Shown here: positions 39,058 to 51,954 of the stretch, piece by piece | Numbering within the stretch: the first letter of the stretch is position 1 | Layout: the number at the start of each line of letters is the position of its first letter | DNA from: Azolla caroliniana | Lineage: Eukaryota; Plantae; Polypodiophyta | NCBI GenBank assembly: GCA_043228905.1 | Contig: JBHGNT010000009.1 | Coordinates: forward strand, 992,001-1,056,000 | DNA: 64,000 nt | Direction of reading: 5' to 3' | Position numbers and translations under genes: made by a program | Notes under the pieces: generated by a model | Told to the model about the DNA's origin: nothing | The model's input: the letters and a program-made list of their open reading frames with translations, nothing else | Database searches by the model: none

Positions 39058-40100
39058 CTATAGCACACAAAATCTGTAACAACAGAATGTCCATAAACAA
39101 AGGTAGTAGACATTGTTTCCCAAAATGACGGGAACAATATACATCCAAATTATGTGATCTCCATCTTCCCTAAAAATGAGCATAGAGGTCCATATCCTTT
39201 TAAAATGCATTTGTTTCCTGAAAATGGCATCAACATTGCCTGTGAAACTTTTATACTGACCGCGTAATGTATGAACAAGTAACAACCATAATTCAACAAT
39301 TATAACCGAAGCATCCCGAGTGACATTATCAAATATTGATGTGCATCGCGCCTTCCAAATTACCGACATCAGAATAGATGAAATTGTCTTCCATATAATG
39401 TCATCCCTAAATTGCAAACTATCACTTATAAAAGGTTGAACCATTTGTATATGAGGAGGAACTATGTGAAAAGCTTCCACTATATCCTCCTTTTCATATA
39501 ACAATAGTTGTTCCTCTAGAATTCCCCACCTAACCGCACCCCAAGTGACCACACAATTAGCATGCATTAATATCAACAACCTTAATACTCTCTGCCATAT
39601 TTGCATAATTTTAGGACAAGACCACAATACATGCTTAATTGATTCTATCATACATCCACAACCAAAACCACATGACTTACTATCTAATTGCCGCAACCAA
39701 GCCCGAACCGGTAGTGCATAATGGATCAATAACCAACGAAAAAGGACAATCTTCTTGGGAATCTGCATACTCCATAACCACTTCCAATATTTAGATGCAT
39801 CCATTAAAGAGGCCCCATTCGCCAACAACACTTTCATAGCGGATGACGGATGAAATTTCCTACTTAAGAGCAACTTTCGTCCCAACTTCACAGAATATTG
39901 AAAAAATTGAAAACATTTAGTATGAGACGAAGGATTTGTATGTTTCCAAAGATAATTTGATGGATCCCAATGCAAGTCCAACAATGACTTTTTTTTAAAA
40001 ACCCATAGTTGGCAAAATAACATACTATCAAAAGGAGAAGGATCTAAAACTATCTTTATTAAATTGGGTTTTTGTGAATATAGAGATCATTGGAGTGATG
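39058..40100 (-). mobile_element. 5'-truncated L1-type LINE, ORF2 C-terminus with zf-RVT (321-codon open frame)
   Basis: WKWLWSMQIPKKIVLFRWLLIHYALP...CGFGCGCMIESIKHVLWSCPKIMQIW...IWKARC matches the zf-RVT signature. Confidence 0.88.
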
Positions 40101-42584
40101 TCTCATTTCTAAATTATTTTTGAGTTCTTAATGTATTGGGGGCTATGGTTCAATTGGGATATCTGTAATGCTTTCACTTTTGATTTTCAAGTTGGGATTT
40201 TCTTTCTAGGCCCTTTGCCCTTCTCGATATTGAGTAATGAGAGATCGGGTGCCAACCAAGTTGTGTTGACGCCAATGGATAACTTACGTTGGCCCTCAAC
40301 CATTACTGTTAGGGATGGCCCACACAACAAACAAGCAAGCATCTAGTAGTGCATATGTTTTGGGTATAGAAGGCCATAGGTTTGAACACTGTCACCTCAA
40401 TTATTGACGCGTATTGGGCGTAACCTTTTGCTCCGTCCTTGTTCCACGTCTTTCTTTGCACTTCTTGCAGCTTCTTGTGGCATAACTCTGTCCACGTATC
40501 AAGCAAGCATTGTAACCTTACATGCCTGCTTGCCTGCTTGTCTAAAATTTCTTTGAAGAAAATATATTGTTAAAAGTACTTCTTTTGTGGCAATTTACAG
40601 GGTTAGCGAAGTCACGAAATCTCAACCATTAAGAGAGACAACATTGCATGGTCACATGCCATCATATTCATCATTTGAATTGGTGTGTAGGGTGGGATTG
40701 AGTTCATAGTAGTATTTAAATCTCAAGAGTTCTATACTTTGTTGTAAGTTAGTCATGGTGGTGTTTTTCCTTCTTAATGGAATGTATTATTTATGAGAGA
40801 GATAGAGATAGAGAGAGAAGAGAATAAATAAGCATGACTATAGTTTGTGGAATGTTAAAAAGTAGGATGGCTTGTTTTTAAAAATGTATCGCTTTAAAGG
40901 ATCAATAGTTTCCTAAATTTAAAAGCATACATATTTCAATCCTAAACAAGAGTTTCCCTATGATAACCTATGAAGCACTAAATATAAAAGAAAGGATACA
41001 TAAAAACAAGTCACTATGTCTATACATAATGAAATCTGCAATTTTCGGGTGCCAAAAATAACATATTGTGAAGTTAAAAAGAATCATTTTCTATGCATAA
41101 AGCTAAATTTGGCTTTCATATTTCTCAAGATAGTCAGGGTCCTAAAAGAACTCATTCGAAGAGGTTAGAAGTTGTAAGTACAACAATGTTTAATGACTTG
41201 TGTTTTTCAGGCTTAGGCACCATGATATATGCGACCACACAATGTTCCCTTTCATATTTTCTTCGTACTAAATGGCTTCCTATGCCTATTTATCTATAGA
41301 ACAAAGGCATAAAGACTAACTAATATTATTTGAAATCAATACATGCAAGAAATAAGGAGAACTCTAGAGACAAAGACAAACAAATAGTATTTCTTATGTG
41401 CTACTTACATTGCTTGGGGGTTTTGTGGACATATGCAGGGACATCCCCCATACATGGACTCAACTAATGTCAACATGCTACATTGATATTGAAAATAATA
41501 TCATTATGCAAACATAATAAAATCTATTGAAACACAAATCACAAAAAACCCCTAAAAGCTTTGGATTTTAATAATAATATTTGTATTTCTAGGCATATGA
41601 GAACATTGATTGAACTATCAACAATATCGAGCTTCAGTAAAGTTGATGATCAAGGCTTTGATGAATACAACTTAACGTTTTCAAGTTCATTACAAATCAT
41701 TATTTCAAGATGGGATACCTCATTCAAGCATATTATTGTGTAAGTTTCTCAAAGTTTGACAACTCATGAAAATGATTAAGTGTTTGTTACATTATATGGA
41801 TATCCTTCTCGCCCTTGGTGTGTCTAGCCCTCTCAAACCAAATGATGTCACTATAAAGTATGGGCATCATGAAAAGAAATGAGCAGTTAGCACCGTTCAT
41901 AGTCATGTTAATATTGCCCTAACATGTTTCTAATGACCCAAGATAATAACCACGTTAGGAGTCAACATAGGCTAGATTTAGTTGTGCCTATTATACTAAG
42001 ATTGTATTTGTTGCCTTATAAGAGTTTATTAAGTTTTCTTATCACTCCCACACACTTCCATGGGTACTTTGCCTTTTGCCTTAACACAAAATGTTATCTT
42101 TGAAAGTATCATTACTAATTCAAATGCTCTCCAACATATACCTTTTGCTCAAACAACAAACCAAGATGCAAGCTCATCACAACCAATACAACGGTTCACA
42201 ATACAAACGATACATGGATGAGAATGTGGTATAGTGAACCGAGGAATGTAGTTTTGTAAAAGTCAAGTGTATAGGACAAGTGTTAACTCTTGATACAAGT
42301 TACTATCTTGGCAAGGGCCCTTCTTAAACCTATAATAAGAGAAGGAGAGATCATTGCCATGGGTGGTAATTTTGGAATTCAAGGTCCAAGTTTGTGGAAA
42401 TTCAGTTTGACACAGGATCACGACTCATGAGAGTGTAGGAAGCTTAGGATGACAAAAGGTAGCATGGCCATTGGTCATAGTCTCCCTATGATGAAACTCA
42501 AGGTATCCCTTTAACCATCTTTAGTTTTGTTATTTAATCTTATTTAGTTCCCTAAGGCAACACTATAGTTTTTTCTGTTGTATG

Positions 42585-43189
42585 TACCAATGGGCCCGGT
42601 TCGGTTTCTTTGCCTTGAAACCAAACCAAACCAAACCATTTATATAAAACAAAAACCAAACCAACCGTTTATGAACTTTCAAGCCATTAAAACCAAACCA
42701 TTTAAGAAAAGGTAAACCAAAACCGTTTAGGGAAAATTTGACCAAATTGAACCATTTAATAAAAAGTTTAAACCCAACCACAATTAAGTCAAACTAATTA
42801 AAAAACTAACTATGTAAATAGAAATACACTAAATTAAATAAGCATTTATGTTAAATTAATTAAATGAATAAAAAAGAATTAATTAAGCCATTAGTTTAAA
42901 TAAACATTTAAGCTAAATGAATTAAATCAATAAAAAATATTAATTAAACCATTAAATTACATAAACATTATAGGGATAAAAAAAGCTAGCCCAAAAACCT
43001 ATAAACCTTTAGAGCAAACCACTTAAACCTATACACTGATAAACCCCAATTTTAGAACCAACCCGAACTAAAACCAAACCGTTTATTAATAGTTCAAACC
43101 AAACCATTTAATTATTTTGGAACTGAAAAACCTTTAAACCATGCCTTAACCGTTCGGTTCGGTTTGAGCTGTAACCGAGCCCATATCTA
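42585..43189. mobile_element. Non-autonomous hAT element, copy 2 (inverted relative to 4467-5014)
   Basis: Ends TACCAATGGGCCCGGTT ... AACCGAGCCCATATCTA; 8-bp TSD GTTGTATG / GTTGAATG (7/8); interior is the reverse complement of copy 1 (e.g. GGTTCGGTTTCTTTGCCTTGAAACC). Confidence 0.88.
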
Positions 43190-43364
43190 GTTGAATGTTG
43201 CTCGACAACAGACCCTTGACGTTGGGCCTCCAACCATTTGACGTGATCATGTTACTTGTACGTCACCCTCCCTTTTCACACTTGTATGCCCCTTAGGGTC
43301 CTTACCCACGAGCAAAAAGAACTGCTTTTCTCCTAAGTACCCCTCATATACCTTCACGAACACA

Positions 43365-43680
43365 CTCAATTGCACATATAGATGTAACACACACACACAC
43401 ATATGAACACTTATGCTTACACACATACACACATACACACGTTTCCTTTTTCATACACACGTATATACAAATACACATATACATACGCATTCATATACCC
43501 ATACATACACAACACTCACGAACTTGCAAACTTACATACATATACTCATGTTCAAATATATGCATACAATACGTACACATACACATAATCACATGCTTAA
43601 ACCTGCATATATATACATGCTATTCACATGTACATGCACATGGTATAAAACAAATATGTACACTTAGAGGCTAATACATA
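43365..43680. repeat. Low-complexity (AC/AT)-rich tract
   Basis: ACACAC/ATACAT degenerate repeat; source of the His/Thr/Tyr-rich spurious ORFs. Confidence 0.8.
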
Positions 43681-45512
43681 GATAAGCCACTCATGAACTT
43701 TGAAGACGATAATAGAATCTCTCTCTCTCTCTCTCTCACAAACACAAAAGTAAATTACATACATAAGAATACAAAAGGTTGGATTCTAATAAATGTTTAT
43801 CCACACAAACTTCTAAATTGACCTCAACACCACATTCAACTAGCAATTTAGAGGAAAACCTTATTTGACAACTCTATTACCCAACCTTCCCTAGTTCAAG
43901 TCCCAATGGTCCTACTCAAATTTCACATGTAGAGTGTAATTTAATGACATTGGGACCTAATTTTGACTAAAATCAAGCCATTGTAACTCAAATTCAACAT
44001 GCTTAGCACACGCATTTTACACTTAAGGACATTTAACAAGCATAGTTAAGGGGAAAATATAATAGTTTTAGAGAATATTATGCATAATTATCTACCTAGG
44101 TCACCAATATTAGTCATGAGGTGAAGGGCATCATAGATCCACCACCAAATAAACACTTTCACAACCAAGGCGGGATATGTCTCCAAAACTTCATAACCAA
44201 GTGACAAGATGATTGTGATTTTGATGTGCATGATTTAATGCAAGCAAATTGAGTTTTAATCCGAAGGGAAACATATGATGCTTTTGTGCACATCAAAATT
44301 ATTGGCAATGATGAATATTATGATTCGCCATAGTTCAAGATGGTGGCCCAACAACGATTGCAATTTGCAATGATGATGATGAAGCATACTAAAGGACAAT
44401 AGCCCTCTTGCAATCTACCGTTGTGAGAAATAATGTTGTTAACAAATATAGCTCTTAAATCTACCCTTCTTAGAAAACAAATAAGAAATAAATTTGTTAT
44501 CAAATATAGTTGTTTCACCTTAAAATAGAAAAATATATATGATAATATCATGCTAAGAATGATATAATATTATTAGGATACCTGCTTCTCATCTTTTGGT
44601 AAGAACGGAGTTGCAAAATATGGAGGCCACAACTACAAGTTCAAATCCTCTCAATAAACCCACTATTATCGGAAATTCATGTGGAGCTTAAATTTGTTTT
44701 CAGAATATGAGTGATTTATCCAAACATGGGACAAACAATCTTCTCATCTTTATTGCTCCCAATATGTATGTGCAAGGTAAAATCCTCCTAAAAGGTTAAT
44801 ATGCTTTATTTATTATAAAGCTCTGTTGTTTTGCAACCTCTAGTTCCAAAAGTTGTTTGTTAAAAAGATGAGTTTCTAGTTCTATAGAAAAATAGCAAGC
44901 AAAAACAAACAAGGAACTAAAGTTGTTCTATTGAAAATATCTTTAAGATTAGAAATCTGTTTTGAATTCATTGGCATACATGGCTTTATTTAACATGCAC
45001 CATACATGACATTGTTTAATGTGCACCATACAATACTTTTATGCGCAAAACACTATACAACGGACAATGTGAATGCATCACCATGTGCTTTGCATTGGAG
45101 TTCCTTGGTCCAAAACTAAACAGTTCTACGACTACTACCAAGAATGAAGTATCATAATATACTTAAAAGATTCAATTTCATGACAAATTGTTCCCAAGCT
45201 TTATAAGTTAGAAGAACTCATGCAAAAAATGAAAGAGAACAATAGAAAGGAAGTCCTCTTTAACCAACATTATTTATAAAAACAAACTTCTTACAACGAA
45301 GTTTTACGGACACCAAGATAATATGAATGTTTGAAAATTGATATAGCATTTGCGTGAACATGAAATCATATTGAATGTCATAACCTTCATTAACTTCATA
45401 ATTCATGCATTGTTAAGTACAATATGAGTGAATTGATTGTTCACGATCATGAACAATACCTGGATCAGCATTGATCTTTACATTCATATGCATATATGGT
45501 ATCAACAAATTC

Positions 45513-46443
45513 TCACAACATTTCTATATGCTCTTGAGGATTGACACCCAGAGTTTGCTTGAACTCTTTGGCAGTGTCCAAGAAATGAAGCAAAATCGTG
45601 AGAATCACAGAGCTAATGAACATGGGAATGGGTCCGAAGAGCCAAAAAAACAAAGGAAATGAGAAGTAAAAAGCTCTCAAACCGATAGACCAAAATTGTC
45701 CACCTCTTTCAATGGCCTTGTTTACATATTCTGGGCTAAGACCGGGTGCACAAGGACCTATAGGTATACTTACAAGGAAACTTACATGGCTATAATATCT
45801 CACTGACTGGACATTACAAAGAAAAGCTACTAAAAAGCAAACTAATACACATAAGAGCTTGATAGAAGATGTGACAACTCTCTTATCTCCTAGTAATAAA
45901 TTTGACTCTTCAATTTTTCCGTAGTTATAACCACCGCTCTCTAGAACGCCAATGACAGAGCATAGTGTGATTGCCGCGGTGGCGAGGAGGGTCGATGCCA
46001 TTATGTTGTTTCGTAACGTTTGAACCGCAAGCACTCCATTCTTGAGTCCATCCTATTGTTGAGGACACATGAACATATGATCTCTCTCTCTCTCTCATAC
46101 ACACATCCTTGACCTTGTAACTTATGATTAAAACAAAACATTATATTACGTTATGATTAGAAAGAAGAAGAGAAAAACCGTGACCCAAGTACCTCGAGCA
46201 TGTTGGTGTATTGGGGTTATTTTCTAGATGACTACCCTTAGCTCTCCAAAAGTACAAGAATACCCTTGCTATAGTGGTAATTTTTTAATATTGAAAACCA
46301 AATACCTAGCACTGGAGCAGGGCAATTCTTGTATTGCTTGGAGACATAGGTGTATGTCCAAGAGAGAGAGAGGTGCATTGTGGTCATGTTTCCAAATAGT
46401 GGAGGGATATTTCTAGTGGTTGTGATTCCGGGTTGAAACCTAA

Positions 46444-46480
<37 letters not shown>

Positions 46481-46953
46481 TGGTGGTATATCTTGTGGAA
46501 CCCGTCGAGAGCTTTCGGGTATATCCTCGGACTTGTCACAAGCCGCTATCGAGAACTTAAGGGGCATTCCAATAATAGGGAAATATGAAACTTGCAAATA
46601 ACATCTATATGTATGTATACATGCATGCATGCATATAAAAAACAATAGCCACCAGGTTACAACCTTTATGCATATATCATATCAATATGTAAGAAATCCA
46701 AGAGGATGGCAAGAAATGGTGGACAAACTCACAAAAGTAATAGAAGAAGAAGAAGAAGAAGAAGAATTGGAATGGATTGAGGATGTACCTGCATCATGGT
46801 TCTAACCCAGACTTGGCGATTCATTTGGTTGATGCCGATGACCGTGGTGGCCGGGCAGGTGTGAACCCGATAAGCCAGCTGGCAGTGGTATACAATGAGG
46901 AGGAGAAGCCCAATTGGCACAAGGAGGGCATCCAAATACTCCAATCCTTCCAT
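45513..46953 (-). CDS. DUF599 family membrane protein, paralogue 2 (234 aa)
   Basis: Exons 46953-46789 and 46052-45513; MEGLEYLDALLVPIG...KNGVLAVQTLRNNIMASTLLA...VRYYSHVSFL...FWSIGLRAFYFSFP. Confidence 0.95.
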
Positions 46954-46958
46954 CCAAA

Positions 46959-47003
<45 letters not shown>

Positions 47004-50000
47004 ACACACACACACAAACACAAACATAGAAATCTAGTTTGTAGTTTGTCTTGGTGTCTCATGTTTCATGTTTCAGTTACCCTTTCCCATTGATGCCCAC
47101 ATTATAAAATGCTCATGCTTTGGCTCTGGCTCATTCACACCACGCTCGTGTGCCCCGCCCTGGCTCCTCCTCACCATGAAACCTCGATGTGCGCATGTTA
47201 AATTTTCTCTATACAAATTTTCCGTCTTCATATTAACAAGACCCGGTGATATTGGTAACCTACGGCTGAATATTTCGCCCTACTACGAAATTTCTCCCCT
47301 CCCTCTTGTACCTTGAACAGATTGTAAAGATCACGTGGACATCGACACCAACACTTGGTGCTTTTTATGGATATAGGTCTACTTGAAATTGTTACGTCTA
47401 ACAATATTTTCCTTACTCGTTCAATATTTTTTTATTGGATTCTGGTGAGTGAGAGCATCTTTTTCTCGAACATCGAGACACTATATTTCTTGAGTGCGCC
47501 TTGAAATATACGGTTAGCCTAAATCTTGTGTCCTTAGTTTAGCGATTAGGCCTTTAAATGATTATGTCCAACATGTGATCATCATTAAGACTATATTTAA
47601 AAGCCCTCCATTGTTTGGGTGAACTCAAAAGTAAAATTGTTTTGTCATTTTCATATTACACGGTTTGTTGTACTCCGTCTTATAATGTCCAATAGGAACA
47701 TGAATCCAACCTTAGGTAGTTAACCAATGAGCAAAATCATAGGAACTTGGAAGTAACTTCTAGAACATAGGGTAAACCATAGTCTATTCAAGAAATAGCA
47801 TATTGATATCCTTAAGGCTTTGATTAGTGATTCATAACACATGCAAAAACACCATACCACGATATCTACTAAATATAACCAAAAACATACACTAACACAA
47901 GCATGTGAAAATATTTAAAAGCTAATATTTGTTCTATTGTAACCACATGGCTTCTACTCTACGAGATATGCTTAACAAACACATAAAAGTGAGCGAATTT
48001 CAACTCACATAGACTTTACAAATACAACATGGTATATATATGCAAAAAATATGATTGTTATGAAATATTTATCGCTAGCACAATAGAATATCATTTCACG
48101 ACTCATGACTAGTACTCAAGAACTAAGGTTGTGCGTGCATTTAGGGAGATGGAGCCTTAAAAGCTTGTGGGCATTTGTGGTTATAATTAACTCTATACAT
48201 AAAAGCCACAAACTAGAGAATGTTAACTATTTTGTAGGTTTCTTCTCTTGATAGTGTATATGTAAAACCTAACGCATATTTAACTTATTAAAACATGGAA
48301 TATATTCAGGATTCTCTTTGATTGTAGACATGCCCAATAGAATTTCACTTTCATCTTATGGTGCTTCAATGATGATTACAAAGGTTGCCCTTTGTGTCAA
48401 ATCTAAGTCTAATGTGTTAGGATTGTTGTAGTACTCTGCAAAAGGAAAGTCATCATATCAACATTCTGAGTTCTAAAAGAAGCCATTTTTATGAGAAAAT
48501 TGTTAGATACGTGTCTTGTGGACTTGATCACAAACTCAAAGTACTAATGATTCCGCTGTTGTCAACTCATTTTAGATTGGACCCACCATTATATTGCATA
48601 AACTTTGTCATAATAACATCCTTTTATAAATGAAAAAAACTTTGGTTTTTTACTCCAAGTTAAAAATGCAATGCTACGTTGGCCATTAGTTCCCAATTTG
48701 AAAGCTATTACCTCTACATGTTTTTGGTGATCTCGAAATAATCATTTCTATTTTAAATTGAAAACAATTGTTCTTCTTTCTTTTTTTAAATTAGTTTTCT
48801 ATTTCTAAATGTTGTTTCTATTTTGGTCTTCTTTCTTCTTTTTTTAAAACAAAATATCCTTCCATTACTTTTAAAAATGCATATCAGCTACAACACACAA
48901 AATAATTCCAAACAAACATGTTTTCATATTGCATCCTCTCAGCCTCATCAACAAGCATATTCCTTTGTAAGCTTTGCATAATTGGGTATGTACAGCTAAA
49001 AATAAGTCCTTAGTTAAGTCCACACTTGAAAGCAACTTCTTATACCAAGCATCAGATGCATGTGAATCATCACCATTACTCCCAAAGTGTAAAGAATAAT
49101 CAGAATCCAGCTCCCAAAGTGAGGGTTTCCCTTAACACAATTGTTCTTCTTATGAAGTGTTTTGTTTTATGTCAAAGAAACACCTTTTAGTTGTGAGGTT
49201 AACTTATATTAAGAAGCATGTTCACTCATGTGGATTTTCATACAAGTTTTCATCACTAACTTGTTCATTACTAAGGATCTCTTTGTTCCGTTGTCTCATA
49301 TAAAACAATTCATGAAGACATTCACAAATACGAGACAACATATCACAATTTACTATTGATATAGTGGCTTGTTTTGTTGACATATTATTGTACATATAGG
49401 AAAATGGAACATTTTGTTGCCAACATGTTCACAAGAAACGTAATGAGTAGGATAACATTCGTAATCATATGGATATCCTTTATGAACATTTCTCCCAATG
49501 GTGGTCTCCCATTTACAAAAAAATCCCTTGATTATATGTTAATGATCTTCATCATGAGCATATGCATACTTATGGGATCAATTACAATAAAGATTAGTCT
49601 CATTGGATGTAGATGATTTCTTGATTGCATGCAACCCTTGACATGGATAACTACCTTCCTTCTTGTGCATTTCTTCATCTTCTTTCGCCTTTCTTTTGTT
49701 ACTGGTTCTTAGGGTTTATGATAGTGATAGAACTTTGTTGTTTAGTGTACCAACAATTGAAGTTACAAGCATGTTGCTCTCTCCCATAGTGTTGGAGTGT
49801 ATATGTACTTTATGTTAGGTTGGAAGAGTGCACCAATGGGCTCCTCTCGCTAATTATTAGCTTATTAAATATTCAAATTTGTGTTTGGTTTTGTTTCACA
49901 TTGAGGAAAGCATGCTCTTTCATTATTTAACTTTGGGCCTCAATATGTCGCATAACATTGTAATATTTTGTTGTAAAAGTAAATTGTCATAAAAGTGCTA

Positions 50001-50334
50001 CCAAGGAATAAGCTATATTCCTTATGTTCTTTAAACTATGCAAGGTGTGTGCACATGTGGAGCTACAATCTCAAACGTGAACAAAAAACAAAAAGTGAAC
50101 CATCGAAAAGGAAGTAATAAAGGGACACACACCACAAATATCGGTGATTTGACATTATGCATGTGTCAGTACTAAAATTGAAAGTATGTCTTGAATTTTT
50201 CTTGTGATCATAAGATGTATTGTCATGACTCATAACCTTTGATGGTTCAATGAAAAATTGATATGCATTAATTGTTCATGATTGTGAACAATGCATCATC
50301 TATGGTTTTATTTCCATGAGAATATATATACTCA

Positions 50335-50890
50335 TCATAATATTTGATCAATGTTTGCTTGTGGATTGACATTTGACATTTGCTTGAATTCATTGGACGT
50401 ATCCAAGTAATGAAGCAAGATTGTGAGAATAGTTGAGCAACTAAACATTGGGATGGGGCCAAAAAGCCACAAGAACAAAGGAAATGAAAAGTAAAATGCT
50501 CTTAACCCAATGGACCAAAATTGGCCACCTTTTACGATGGCTTTGTTCACATATTCTAGGCTAAGGCCTTGTGCACAAGGCTCTATTGGTATGCTAACAA
50601 GGAAGCTCAATTGACTATAATATCTCACTGATTGAACATTACAAAGAAAAGCTACAAAGAAACACACTAACACACATAGAAGCTTGATAGAGGATGTGAT
50701 TATTCGTTTGTCTCCGAGTAGTAGACTTGTTTCTTGAATCTTTCCTTCACTACCATTGCTAACTAAGAAGGCAATGACTGAGCAAAGCGTGATTGCTGCG
50801 GTGGCGAGCAAGGTAGATGCCATTATGTTGTTTCGTAAGGTTTGCACCGCAAGCACTCCATTCTTCAAACCGTCCTATTAATGTATTTAT

Positions 50891-50945
<55 letters not shown>

Positions 50946-51535
50946 GCACACAAATATACACAAGGTAAGTATGCCAATTATGAACTAGAGTAGGTCACAT
51001 AATATGAGGTCCTAATCTTCATTATTGGGAAATGGGAATCATATTCACAATGTGTAAGACTTCTGACCAATGACTATAATGAAAAGATAAATTTGTTCCT
51101 CTAGAGACACAATCCTGATTTTTGTCCTATAACTTGAGTTCGGCATAAATAGACATTTTGTCGAGAAGTTTGTCTCTATCATCAACATATTTAACATCAA
51201 AGATTTAATATGAGACCAAGAAAGTAGAATTTGTGACTTAATAGATGAAGTTGTCATTAGCAAGAAGTTAGAAAAGAAAATGGGAATGGATGATGTTGTG
51301 ACCAAGTCTACTATAAAAAACAAGAGAACTTAGAAGAGGAAGAGGAAGAGGGTGACATATGATTACTTACTTTCATCATGGTTTGAACCCAAACTTGGCG
51401 ATTGATTTGGTTGATGCCGATGATCGTGGTGGTTGGGAAGGTGTGAACACGATATGTGAGTTGGCAATGGTAGATTATTAGGATGAGAAGACCAGAAGGC
51501 ACAAGAAGAACATCTAAAAACTCTACACCTTCCAT
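50335..51535 (-). CDS. DUF599 family membrane protein, paralogue 3 (234 aa)
   Basis: Exons 51535-51371 and 50874-50335; MEGVEFLDVLLVPSG...KNGVLAVQTLRNNIMASTLLA...FWSIGLRAFYFSFP; same intron position and phase as the other two. Confidence 0.95.
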
Positions 51536-51896
51536 CTCTCTCCGTTTATGTCTATGTCTATGTCTCAACTTCCAATTTCTGAGTTCTTATATAGTACTAG
51601 TTTTGATCATTACTCCAATTACAAAGCAATGTTTTATTAATTATGATAATTTCCAAGTTCTTATATCGTACTACTTTAGGTGCAAGTATATTGTATATCA
51701 CATTCCTTTGATTTTGATTTCAATTTCAGGGCAATGATTTATTATGCTAAGAATATATTTCTCTTCTATTCTTTTGTACGTCATTTACATAACATTTCAA
51801 AATTATTTGTCTCCAAAGTGGTGCTCTACTCAAGTTGTAAGTCTTTTGACTCTTCATTAGAGTAGTTGTTGAGGATCTATGGATGATGTCAATAGG

Positions 51897-51954
51897 GACA
51901 TGAGAGTATTTCTCATCATGTCGGCCGCGACATGAGACTATTTCTCATCATGTC
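51897..51954. repeat. Two 26-bp quasi-palindromic direct repeats separated by GGCCGC
   Basis: GACATGAGAGTATTTCTCATCATGTC-ggccgc-GACATGAGACTATTTCTCATCATGTC. Confidence 0.9.

Noticed and set aside
46105-46122. CTTGACCTTGTAA resembling the TAS3 tasiARF core
   Set aside because: Only about 13 nt match and no flanking miR390 sites were seen.
51536-51568. MRHRHRHKRRE N-terminal extension of DUF599-3
   Set aside because: The ORF caller used a TTG start; the ATG at 51535 aligns with the paralogue 2 start.
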